Below, piece after piece: positions 45,051 through 61,310 of a DNA stretch of 64,000 nt. Within the stretch, counting starts at the first letter, position 1, and every line of letters starts with the position of its first letter. Source of the DNA: the human T2T-CHM13v2.0 reference genome, Homo sapiens; the NCBI RefSeq assembly GCF_009914755.1, contig NC_060925.1; one strand, written 5' to 3'. The translations under genes were made by a program, and so were the position numbers. Under the pieces are notes generated by a model. That model ran no database searches, was not told where the DNA came from, and saw only the letters and a program-made list of their open reading frames with translations.

Positions 45051-45149
45051 TATCCAGGGAAAGTAAAAAGTCTCATGTCATTATGTTAGAGATAGTCACA
45101 AAATCTCATAGTAAGACCAATACAACAAGTGCTTTTTCTTTGTTATTAA

Positions 45150-45491
<342 letters not shown>

Positions 45492-47668
45492 ATGCTTGGT
45501 TTTTATTAAGGGCCATGTTAGGAAAAATATACCTTTAAAACTCTCTAATAATACCCTGTGTAGTGAGATGCACAAAATATGTAAGGCAAATGAGAACTGA
45601 GTTTATTTCAATAAATATTACAGATTCTTATTCTTGCTCTAGGACATTTGCTCATTGAGAGATTGTCAGGTAATACCACAGACATTATTTAAAATTCTCT
45701 CTCTCTCTTTCTGCCAAGTATATATACTTTTGAAATCACATAAGAAAAATAAATATGCCAGGATATGACTCCACCATATTATCTAATGTTGTCCTCACAA
45801 TATCATTTTAAGGAAGGGGTCAGTATTTCAGTTTTCTACATCTGAGGGACATTGAGACTCAGGATAATTTAGTGCTTTTTTTCAACATTTTAAAGAGCAT
45901 ATCTAAAGCCAGGATATATAGCCAGGCCTGTCAGACACAAGCTACATGACACAGGAGATCGATACATTCATTTTGATTGATTGGAAAGCTTATTGGATTT
46001 TAATTTAATGAAAGTTATAAATATGTTGGCAAAACTGCTATCACCCAGAAATCAATGAGACTGTTTAATAATGTGGTATTTAGAAGTCTTGACCTATATC
46101 TTTGACTGTTTGAGTTTGAGCCACTATACTTTAGTTTTAGAATCTTAGATACCTCCAAATTACAACATGCATGGGATCTATGTAATATCATGTCCCTCAA
46201 GTAGTTCTATATGGCTAGAAACTGGTAATTTTTTATGAAGCCAGGAAGTCATCTAATAAAATATCACAGAAAATAGTTACTGGAATTAATACAAATATTA
46301 TAATTACTCATTGAAAGAAAAGAACTAGAAATAGAAATAACTTCATGATTATGATTTAAAAAAAATCAAACTAGTTTTTAACTTTTTTTCTTTTTAGAAG
46401 AGGAGGAAAGCCAGAGGGGGGTCAAGGTCTGCCAAACTCCAATGCAATAGATGGTGCCGTTTGCTCAACCAGAAAATACAACACAAATCCCAGGACAGAA
46501 AATGACTGCCTGGCATTAGCTGCTGAATTATTACTCCCTGAGGGATAAAGGTCACTATAAGGGATTGGTCCCTGAAAGGCTTGAGTTGACCCTTTCAGTT
46601 TACCTGAGGGATGCAATGATGCAAGGAGTAGAATTAGGAGAAGCAGTGACTGATAAACTTTGAATATTTTTTCCTATTTCAGAAATGCTGTAGATTATAT
46701 GAGCAGAGAGATACGTCTGAGGCTTGTGAGACCAAATATTTACACTCCCAGCATTCTCTTTTGATTAGGAAAAAACAATAGTGGGAGAGGAGCTAGGCTC
46801 TGCTCCTAGCTCTTAGAGCTCACCCTGGGTAGTTTCTTTTCACATTTTTCTTATTAGCAGAGTGGAGAGAAGGAACTAACATTTATCAAGGGCATATATT
46901 AAACTAATCTCTTTCTTAGTGACATTATTCATCTTCATCACTTGAACATCTCTTTGAGATAGATTTCTGTTTTACAGAGATAAACAAATCTTTGGAAATT
47001 TAAGAGATTTGCCAAAATTAATTCAACATTGGAAATCTAAGTCTTTAGACTTGCAAATCCAGATCAGAGTCAACTAGACCACATGTGTTTGCAAGTCTCT
47101 CAGCTATCAGAAGTGATCGCCGCACAGATGTTTTCTAAAGCTTTCTCCAAATCTACACCTTGATGACTGGGGAGATTTTCAGCTTACTTGTTTTTAAGTT
47201 AAAGAAATTAGTTCTCAATACTTTTCTTTGAATTTCTCTGCTAGACTTGGACTTCATCCTTTTTCCTGGCATTGCATATACTTTCTAGCCTAACTATTGA
47301 GTGGTAATACATATTGAGAGAGAGTAGAAAGTGAGTGAAAATGTATGATCTTGGAAGGTTATCTAACCACCATGAACCTCCATTTTTTTCTCATTCTTAA
47401 GATGGGGATAATGACTCTTCATAAGATTGTTCTAATACTTTAAAAGTATAAGTACCTTACACAGCTGTATTTCAATCCACCATGTCCATCTTCCTTCAGT
47501 GGTTAACTTTGGCAAAGGAATAGAAATCAAGTAATCATTTGACAAAGACTAATAATTTAATAAGTTCCAGCCAATGTACTTCATCTTGGATCACCATCCT
47601 GGAGGAGGGTTATTCAATATTCTGTTGTTATTTAATGCTTATAACAGCTTGTTGTCTTCAGTTCTTTC

Positions 47669-47862
47669 CAGTGATTCTCAGTCATGGCTGTGCATAGGAA
47701 GAGTTGATGAACTTTCTAAAAACCTGCATGCCTCAAGCTGACTCTGACCTGACCTGACTCATAGGCCTTCTGGGCTAGGGATCAGAGGAGGAGCCCAGTA
47801 ATATGTGCTTTTTACAAGCCACACAGGGGATTCTGCTGCACATGCCGGGTTGAGAATTACCA
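47669..47862. mobile_element. MER5-type hAT-Charlie element
   Basis: cagtgattctca..ttgagaattacca TIR-like ends; ~190 bp. Confidence 0.7.
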
Positions 47863-48222
47863 TACTTTGGCCACATGTTCTAGAATGGCTCACTCTTGAA
47901 AATGTGAAAAGGTTGCATTCCCAGAAGTCAACTATACTATACCATTTCCTAAGTATCTGTAGCTGTGTTTCTTTTTTTTAAAAAATTATTTATTTATTTA
48001 TTTATTATTATTTTTTTATTATACTTTAAGGTTTAGGGTACATGTGCACATTGTGCAGGTTAGTTACATATGTATACATGTGCCATGCTGGCGCGCTGCA
48101 CCCACTAACTCGTCATCTAGCATTAGGTATATCTCCCAATGCTATCCCTCCCCCCTCCCCCCACCCCACCACAGTCCCCAGAGTGTGATATTCCCCTTCC
48201 TGTGTCCATGTGATCTCATTGT

Positions 48223-52050
<3,828 letters not shown>

Positions 52051-52113
52051 TATGATGCTAGCTGGTTATTTTGTTCGTTAGTTGATGCAGTTTCTTCCTA
52101 GTCTTGATGGTCT

Positions 52114-53140
52114 TTACATTTTGGCATGATTTCGCAGTGGCTGTTATGGGTTGTTCCTTTCCATGTTTAGCGCTTCCTTCAGGAGCTCTTTTAGGGCAGG
52201 CCTGGTGGTGACAAAATCTCTCAGCATTTGCTTGTCTGTAAAGGATTTTATTTTTCTCCTTCACTTATGAAGCTTAGTTTGGCTGGATATGAAATTCTGG
52301 GTTGAAAATTCTTTTCTTTAAGAATGTTGAATATTGGCCCCCACTCTCTTCTGGCTTGTAGGGTTTCTGCCGAGAGATCCGCTGTTAGTCTGATGGGCTT
52401 CCCTTTGAGGGTAACCTGATCTTTCTCTCTGGCTGCCCTTAACATTTTTTCCTTCATTTCAACTCTGGTGAATCTGACAATTATGTGTCTTGGAGTTGCT
52501 CTTCTCGAGGAGTATCTTTGTGGCGTTCTCTGTATTTCCTGAATCTGAACGTTGGCCTGCCTTGCTAGATTGGGGAAGTTCTCCTGGATAGTATCCTGCA
52601 GTGTTTTCCAACTTGGTTCCATTCTCCCCATCACTTTCAGGTACACCAGTGAGACGTAGATTTGGTCTTTTCACATAGTCCCATACTTCTTGGAGGCTTT
52701 GCTCATTTCTTTTTATTCTTTTTTCTCTAAACTTCCCTTCTCACTTCATTTCATTCATTTCCTCTTCCATCGCTGATACCCTTTCTTCCAGTTGATCGCA
52801 TGAACTGGAATGCAATCCTGAGGCTTCTGCATTCTTCACGTAGTCCTTGAGCCTTGGTTTTCAGCTCCATCAGCTCCTTTAAGCACTTCTCTGTATTGGT
52901 TATTCTAGTTATACATTCTTCTAAATTTTTTTCAAAGTTTTCAACCTCTTTGCCTTTGGTTTGAATGTCCTCCCATAGCTCAGAGTAATTTGATCATCTG
53001 AAGCCTTCTTCTCTCAGCTCGTCAAAGTCATTCTCCATCCAGCTTTGTTCTGTTGCTGGTGAGGAACTGCGTTCCTTTGGAGGAGGAGAGGCACTCTGCT
53101 TTTTAGAGTTTCCAGTTTTTCTGTTCTGTTTTTTCCCCAT
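52114..53140 (-). pseudogene. L1 ORF1p pseudogene
   Basis: ATG at 53140; stop at 52114-52116; frameshifts near 52250, 52600 and 52802-52815. Confidence 0.94.
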
Positions 53141-54049
53141 CTTTGTGGTTTTATCTACTTTTGGTCTTTGATGATGGTGATGTACAGATGGGTTTTTGGT
53201 GTGGATGTCCTTTCTGTTTGTTAGTTTTCCTTCTAACAGACAGGACCCTCAGCTGCAGGTCTGTTGGAATACCCTGCCTTGTGAGGTGTCAGTGTGCCCC
53301 TGCTGGGGGGTGCCTCCCAGTTAGGCTGCTCAGGGGTCAGGGGTCAGGGACCCACTTGAGGAGGCAGTCTGCCCGTTCTCAGATCTCCAGCTGCGTGCTG
53401 GGAGAACCACTGCTCTCTTCAAAGCTGTCAGACAGGGACACTTAAGTCTGCAGAGGTTACTGCTGTCTTTTTGTTTGTCTGTGCCCTGCCCCCAGAGGTG
53501 GAGCCTACAGAGGCAGGCAGGCCTCCTTGAGCTGTGGTGGGCTCCACCCAGTTCGAGCTTCCTGGCTGCTTTGTTTACCTAAGCAAGCCTGGGCAATGGT
53601 GGGCGCCCCTCCCCCAGCCTTGCTGCCGCCTTGCAGTTTGATCTCAGACTGCTGTGCTAGCAATCAGTGAGACTCCGTGGGCGTAGGACCCTCTGAGCCA
53701 GGTGCCGGATATAATCTCGTGGTGCGCCGTTTTTCAAGCCGGTCCAAAAAGCTCAATATTCGGGTGGGAGTGACCCGATTTTCCAGGTGCGTCCATCACC
53801 CCTTTCTTTGACTCGGAAAGGGAACTCCCTGACCCCTTGAGCTTCCCAAGTGAGGCAATGCCTCGCCCTGCTTCGGCTCGCGCACAGTTCGCGCACCCAC
53901 TGACCTGCGCCCACTGTCTGGCACTCCCTAGTGAGATGAACCTGGTACCTCAGACGGAAATGCAGAAATCACCTGTCTTCTGCGTCGCTCATGCTGGGAG
54001 CTGTAGACCAGAGCTGTTCCTATTTGGCCATCTTGGCTCCTCCCTGTAG

Positions 54050-54240
54050 CTGTGTTTCTTAAAGCACTATCTCTAAACTACCTGCATCAGTAATACCCGG
54101 TGTTCTTGTTGCAAGTGCAGCTTTCTAGGCCTAACCCCAGAGTAGAATCCTTGTTTATGCAGTCTCAGTAATTTATGGGGTTTCTGTATTTAACATGTTT
54201 CCTAGATGATACTTATGCAATTGAATTTTAAAAATTATTG
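54050..54240. mobile_element. MER5A-like element whose end was the L1 target site
   Basis: ctgtgtttcttaaag..cctgcatcagtaat..aagtgcag..taacatgtttcctagatgat..aattattg. Confidence 0.65.
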
Positions 54241-55804
54241 ACAGAGCGATTTCCAACCAGAGATACTTTGAGGACAGACTGGAGAGTAAAACAAAAATCT
54301 GCCTTAATTAGTAAAGTCTTTGTTTAGGGTAGAGGCAAAATAATAAGTATCCTTTGGGTTTCTCGATTTTGTATCATTTTGATGAAAGCCTGTAGATATG
54401 AGTTTATGTTACATTTGAATGAATCCAGTAAAGAAGGATAAAATATCACTTGTTTTTATAAATCAGAAGGGAAACTACTTGGCAAAGCATGCAGCTCAAT
54501 GCCCTAGTTTTTGACAGCCTATCTGGGAAAATGTCATGCTGCAATACCAGGGAAATTGCCAATCTCCTACAAAGAAAAGCACTTTTTTTTGGTAACTAAG
54601 GAGGTTTAGGGTGCACTGGGATGTGAAGACTTGAAAGCACTTGAATCTTCTATGGAAATGCCTGAACCACGCTTACCACCACCATGTCCGCATCAGTCAA
54701 ATGCAGTTTTTGTCAAAGTTGCTTTGATTTAGCCTCTTTCTAATCATGACTTCTGCTGAAATTTGAACATGTGGACAGGGCTTAGAAATAAAAGAACAAC
54801 TGTGGTTTTAGAGACTTTTGTTTTGTTTTAAATATATCTTGATTAAAATGAATTAAGCTTCAGTCAATTTAACATCCCTTGCAATAAATTCATCAGATCT
54901 CTGAAAACATGAGGGAATATAAAATTGCTGCCATGTGCATGTATTCAGCTTCTGGTCTTTAGTATTCTATGCTTTATCAGTTTAGATTTTTGGCCACCAT
55001 TTCCTGAAGTATCCTTTTTTCAGTGTTGGGGAGAAGAAACCAGGAGGAAAAACAATTACTTTATAATTTCCTCAATTATTCTGATGCAATTTATTTTTGT
55101 ACAGTGTTGGGTCACAACTTTAGATTTTGTATTTATTGAAAGGGTAAGATGTAGTAACACATTTAGTGTACAGTGTCTGGCCCCACATATATCTGAATTT
55201 TGGTCTACAATTTCTCTAAAGTAGCAAGAGTCAAGAAGCATTTTGAGGGCTGGTGGTTATCTGGAAGTTGGTGTGATCTCCAGTGGCTTTTGTTCTAACT
55301 TAATTGATTTGTTTGTTTTTGTCATCACCATCCCAAAATGGGAGGATAGAGTATAGAATTCACATCTAATACTCAGTCTGATGGTCATCACATTACACCT
55401 TCCTCTTGCATATTTCTTTGCCTGTTTTGGGCTTAGATTCCATAGATATGAATCATGCCTTCTGTGAAATCTTTAAATCCCAAGGGAGAGAAAAATTTTG
55501 TTGCCCAAAAAGGAAGTGCTTCTAAAATAAATGGAGAAACGTTCTTGTAATTTAGAAATAAGGATTCAGATTGTGTTGAATAATTTAACACTATGATGGG
55601 TTATCTTTAAAAGGAAACATAAAAGATAGTATTTGAATTCAATAAATTTTACTTAACAGGATAAATTCCATGATCCTCAACATGTGTCTGAGGTCCTCTT
55701 TCATTTATGTGCTTCTTACCTTTTGGCCCATTCCTGTCACTCATCAGCTGACACTGAATATTTCAACACCACAGAAGTATTTAAATTTTCTATATACACC
55801 ATGC

Positions 55805-56650
55805 TGTAGGGAAACAAGGAGCAGGTGGTTTATCTGAGTCTGGAAGCTGGGATTGTCCTGAAAGAGCTAGAACCATGGTATGAACTGTCTGGTGGGACCT
55901 GAGACTACAAAGAAATGGGTTTTCCCTTGGGAGGTAAATCAAAAAAATCACAGCAACTGCTAGAAATTCCACGATACAGAGTGAGAGACATGTAAATATT
56001 CTGGCTTCTCTTCCTGGCCTTCATTCTTCCACCAGTGACTTCCGTTGCCTAAACTAGTTACAGGTCAGTTGGCAAGGGAGCTCAGGGAATGTCATTCCCT
56101 AAGATACAAAGCAGAGCAGCAAGGAGAGGGGAGTGAATCTTACAGCAAACGTGCACATGAATTCCACAACCTGTCTTAGATTTGGCCTACTCAAAAGTGC
56201 TCTGAAACCAGGACTTGAGTTCAAGTAGTTTACATGGGAGGTGAATCCAATGTACCTAGGAACAGAAGTAGAAAAATGATACATGGAAAATAAGGAAGTC
56301 AATGCATTAATAAGCAGATTGCCACTGTGGGCAACTGGGTAGAGCTTAGTCATGCTGGGGACACTGGAGAGATTACATAGAAAATGCATCAGATATTCTA
56401 CCTGAGGGGTGAGGAAGTCAACATATGTATGCACCAACTCTCCTCCATCTTTGATTGAAAACTGCTCTTGGGAGGAGATGGCCCAGTACCTGGATGGCAC
56501 TTCCAGCCTGCCTTGGGCTTGGGGTTAACATGTTCCTACAGTCACAGAAAGTCCACAGGCAGAGAATCACAAGTGCTTGCAGTAAGATCCTGTCAGGATG
56601 TGCAGGAACGGTGAGTGACAAGAGGCTATGGCAGTACCTGCTGTATTCAC
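55805..56650 (-). mobile_element. Two adjacent old ERVL LTRs (LTR33/LTR16-like)
   Basis: cagttggcaagggagctcagggaatgt; ttgagttcaagtagtttacatgggaggtga..ccactgtgggcaactgg. Confidence 0.55.
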
Positions 56651-56939
56651 AAGACTGAATTAGGTGCTTCTCTTCCATGTGTCTTTAGTGCCTTCTTTAT
56701 ATGTCTATCACTGCATTTATTACCTATCTGTTTCTAATGCAAACTTTTGCTCCTTAAGGCAGAAGCTATTTCCTATTCTTTATCTAATCCCCATTAATAG
56801 GCCACAGAAATCCTTAATAAATGTAAGATACTAAATAGATATTTATTAACTCTATCAGACCCAAGTTCTTCCCTTTTTATTAACAGTAATTTGATATATT
56901 CTATTTACCACCATGAAATTAAGATATAATATAACCTAC

Positions 56940-57122
56940 TGTGATGGGCTAAATTATTCTCCCAATATTCGTATGGTGCAACCCTAACTGCCAATGTGAC
57001 TGTATTGGGAGACAGGGCCTTTAGGAAGTAATTAAGGTTAAATGAGCTTATAAGGTGTGGCCCTAATGTGATAGAACTTTGGCCTTATAAGAAGAAGAGA
57101 TCTCCTTCTCCTCTTTCTTTTT

Positions 57123-57165
<43 letters not shown>

Positions 57166-57334
57166 ATGTAAGAACACAATGAGAAGTTGGCAGTCAGGAA
57201 GAGAGCCCTCACCAGAACTGGACAATGCTGGCACTTTGATCTCAGATAGTCAGCCTCTGGAACAGTTAGAAAACAAGCTTCTGTTGTTATACCACACAGA
57301 CTATAGTTTTGTTATGGCAGCCTACTTACGCACA
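56940..57334 (+). mobile_element. MLT1A-like solo LTR containing a (CT)n tract
   Basis: ccaatgtgactgtattgggagacagggcctttagg..gccctcaccagaac..gttatggcagcc. Confidence 0.88.
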
Positions 57335-57694
57335 TGATTAATGTGGGTATGTCTTAATTCTAATAAAAAGAAGGAATAATAAGCAACTAATATATAATAA
57401 AATAATATGAATTTCATTACATAAAAGATCAGGCGTGAGTACACTAGAAGGCATAATATGATAAAGTACTTGCACGTACTTATAAAAATGTATTTAGTTT
57501 TAAGAGAAAACAGAAAACATTCACCTGAATATTGTTGCCACTTAAAAAATCTTTGTTAATGAAATATGGGCTAATACATAGACTCAATGTATATATAAAT
57601 AGACTCAGTGTGAATACGATAATAAATATGCAGAATAACAGGAAGTGTTATATTTACAAGTTAAATTTCATGAGATTATGACTTATGGCATGCT

Positions 57695-57949
57695 TTTATC
57701 AACCTGAGGGCTTTTAGAAAATACAAGAGTAATAAAGATCTAACTTGAAAAATGGAGGACAGAATTGGGGATGTTGAGTGGAGAAGAAAATATTTAGGGA
57801 AGACATAGTATATATGTGAGTGAATTGAAACTCAGAGAGGTTGAATAACTTGTCCGAGGTATCAAAACTAATACTGATTGTCATTTAATTTATCAAATAG
57901 TCATTGCCAGGGTGAGACTATACATCATTTGCAATGTTCACAATCAGCA
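57695..57949 (+). repeat. Copy 1 of a ~255-bp local direct duplication, flanked by GCATGCTTTT repeats
   Basis: Aligns to 58996-59249 with ~16 differences by eye. Confidence 0.95.
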
Positions 57950-58149
57950 TGCTTTTGTGAAGAAATAAAATGAAAGATTTAATTTCTTTAAGAAATGAAA
58001 TTTTAATTCACAATGAAATTACTTTTCTCATTGTTTAACATTATGACATTTCTGAAAAGTTCTTTGTAATTAAAATGGAGAAAAATATGTTTATATTTGT
58101 GTTTATTTGTAACTCTATGTAGAAAGCTAGAATCTAGGGTCAATTATAT

Positions 58150-58362
58150 AGAGATTATTCATCAACATAAATCTCCCACAGGATATTTGATAGTTTCCAG
58201 ATACAGAACAGTTCTCTGATATACAGGATAGGCCTGGGCATTGAAGGATGGATAGCATCCCTGTTCATTCCTAGACAATCCGCTAATCACTGTGACAACC
58301 AAAACATACCTAAAATTCAAAAACACCTCTTTGAAAGTGATGCTGCACCATTGAGAACTGCT
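58150..58362. mobile_element. MER20/MER3-like hAT element
   Basis: tgtgacaaccaaaa..ttgagaactgct terminus. Confidence 0.65.
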
Positions 58363-58995
58363 ATGTTCAATGTTTGTTAAGTGCATCTGCTTATTGAGCA
58401 AATAGACCCTCAGTATTGGGTTAGTTGTGAATAGGTAAAATTTCAAGGAATTCAAATAGTCTAGGAATATAAAAAGTAGAAATTAGCCAATGTTTTAAAA
58501 ACCACCTCCTGACTATAAAGATTGATGCTTTAAAAATATGGGTTTAAAAACTTGGATATTTATTAGGATATTTAAAACCATCTTTTAGAAGAAAATATGA
58601 TGGAAGTGACTCTTTCAGTTCAGCATTTCCATAATAGCTTGGAAAAAGATGTAGGTGTCATGCTTATCAGATATAGAAATAAAACAATGTTGAGAAGAAT
58701 AATTAATGTGTTGTGTCACACCCATCATAAAACAAGTTAAAACAAATGTGATGAAATTCAAACTCAAGTCTTAGAATATGATTGCATCAATATAGAATAA
58801 AGACATAGGCTCACTTATACACAGTACCTAATTACTATCTTAATAAGTAAAGTGACACTGGTTTTACCTATGTCCATGTAATCTTTAACTATAATAGATG
58901 TCTAATATTCAAAACAGGCAAAGTTATGGAACTCTTGTATTAGACCTGTCTATGGTAATGCCCTTAATTCTGAGTGCTCTACTTTAAGAGGAGCA

Positions 58996-59249
58996 TTTAT
59001 CAACCTGAGGGCTTTTAGAAAATGCAAGGATGATAAAGATCTGACTTGAAAAATGAAGGACAAAATTGGGGATGTTGAGTGGAGAAGAAAATATTTGGGG
59101 AAGACGTAGTATATATGTGAGTGAATTAGACTCAGAGAGGTTGAATAACTTGTCCAAGGTATCAAAACTAATACCGATTGTCATTTAATTTATGAAATAG
59201 TCATTGCCAGAGTGAGACTATACAACATTTGCAATGTTCACAATCAGCA
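58996..59249 (+). repeat. Copy 2 (probable donor) of the ~255-bp duplication
   Basis: Aligns to 57695-57949; contains a short MIR core fragment. Confidence 0.95.
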
Positions 59250-59664
59250 CACGCATTGGTTGTAGTAATATAAACTGCTATAAATTAACCCCCAAATTTT
59301 AGTAGCTTAACACAATAAAAGTTTATTCCATATATTTAACTACCCTGTCTTTGATCCTGTTAAATGATATGCTTTATTTCATGCGATGATTCTAGAACCT
59401 AGGCTTCCTGCATCTTGTGGGTCTTTTATCACCTAAAGTGTATATAGTAGCACAACTGCTTCTTAACTGCTGCCTAGAAAATGAGTTCTTCTTCCATTAG
59501 CCAGAATAACTCACAAGACCAAACTTCAAAGCAAGGGAGGTGGTGGGGAAATACAAGAGAATGAGTCAGAAAGACCCTGGGAGATATAGGCCCCAAATGG
59601 GTGGCTGTTTCCCAAAGAGTCCTGGCTAGGAAAGAGAGAATAAATTTGGGAGTGGATGACTAAC

Positions 59665-60049
59665 TGTATTAGTCCATTTTCACACTGCTATAAAGACATA
59701 CCCAAGACTGGTTAATATATTAAAAAAAAGAGGTTTAATGAATTCACAGTTCGGCAGGGCTGGGGAGGCCTCAGGAAACTTACAGTCATGGTGGAAGTGG
59801 AAGAAGCACGTCTTACATGGTGACAGGAGAGAGAGAGAGAGAGAATGTGAAAGAAGCAAAAGGGGGAAGAGCCCCTTTTAAAACCATCAGATCTCATGAG
59901 AACTTGTTCACTATCACAAGAATGGCATGGGGGAAATAGCTCCCATTATCCAATGACCTCCTACCAGGTCCTGCCCTCAACACATGGGAATTATGGGGAT
60001 TACAATTCAAGATGAGATTCGGGTGGGGACACAGAGCCAAAGCATATCA
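59665..60049 (-). mobile_element. THE1D/MSTA solo LTR (an MLT1-like remnant lies upstream at ~59255-59560)
   Basis: tgtattagtccatttt..gccaaagcatatca; TSD ctaac/ctaaa. Confidence 0.92.
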
Positions 60050-60789
60050 CTAAACTTCTCAGCCACAAAAAGCAAGATGCATTTCTCTTTCATTATTTTA
60101 CAATTAAGAATACCAAAGGTCATGAAGATTCAAAGAACTTTAGGATTCATGACCTTTAAGTGGCTGCTCAATTTTTATCTAATTTTAAAGCGTAGGTATG
60201 CAACACTACACTAAGCCATCTTCAGTGAGCAACAGTCCTTTCTGTTCTTTCTTTGTGCTCTTTTCCCCAAATGAGGTCAATCTTCCTATTTTTACTGAGT
60301 TTTTAAAATCAGCCAGTGGTATCTTAGCTAGTTCTAACTTTCTTGAATCAAGAATTACATGTTTTTTTTAAACAAATTCTTTGGTTAGTCCCCTGAGGCA
60401 TGCCACCAATCATTTTTCTGGTTGAAACATGTACATACACATAGACATACACACTCACACGTAGACTTGCAAGCTCCTTCACTGACCTTTTCTAACTCAT
60501 GCATTTTTCTCCTTTGGGGGATTAAACTACTCTTGGCTCCACCTCTCTGGTATTTAAATTAGTCTGCATAAAATACTTAAGTCACTTATCTTCCAGGCTT
60601 TGCTCAGTCTCCTTAGCAACCTCCTTAGCAACAGATTTCTTTAGAAAAGAATATCAAAAAAAGTTGCACAGGACCATATTCCTTGCAATTGTACTAAAAA
60701 TTGGAATAAAAAAAAAAAAAACCTCTCATAACAACTTATATTGACTTCCCTCTCATTTGTTTATTCAACAACCCTTTGATATGTTGACC

Positions 60790-61310
60790 TGCCTGGTATT
60801 GTTCATTCTTCACATTGCTGTCAGAGTGAGCTCCAAACACAAATCAGTTTGTATCATTTTCCTACTAAAATCTCTCTTTGCAGTGGTTTCTGCTCCCACC
60901 CTGATGATACAACCCAAATTTTGATGAGCGCCTACAAAGCCAACTCCAGCTGTCCCTCAGACTTCACTGTCTCTGCCCTCCTTTTCTCCAACTATTCTGT
61001 CTTGCTGTTACTCATTTCTCTGTTCAAGGCCTTCACATTTGCTATTTTCTCTCTGCCTGGGCTGCTCTACCCCCAGATTTTTACATGATTCATACTTTCT
61101 CATACTCAGTAAGGCACCTTCTCATACTCACGGACTACCTTAATTAATCTGCATTATTTTTTAATAGAATTTGACCCTATTTAAAAATACTAACTTTACT
61201 TGTTTATGCATTTATTTTGCATGTAATTTCCATGATGGGAGGGATTTTGCCTTCACTGCTTTACTCCCAACTTGGTCCAGGTTTGGGTTGAATAAATTAA
61301 ATAACAACCA
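60790..61310 (+). mobile_element. L2 3' region
   Basis: cacattgctgtcagagtgagct..ggccttcacatttgctattttctctctgcctgg..ttgaataaat. Confidence 0.7.

Noticed and set aside
60609-60632. Short perfect or near-perfect tandem duplications (also 21101-21144, ~61096-61130)
   Set aside because: Ordinary slippage events.
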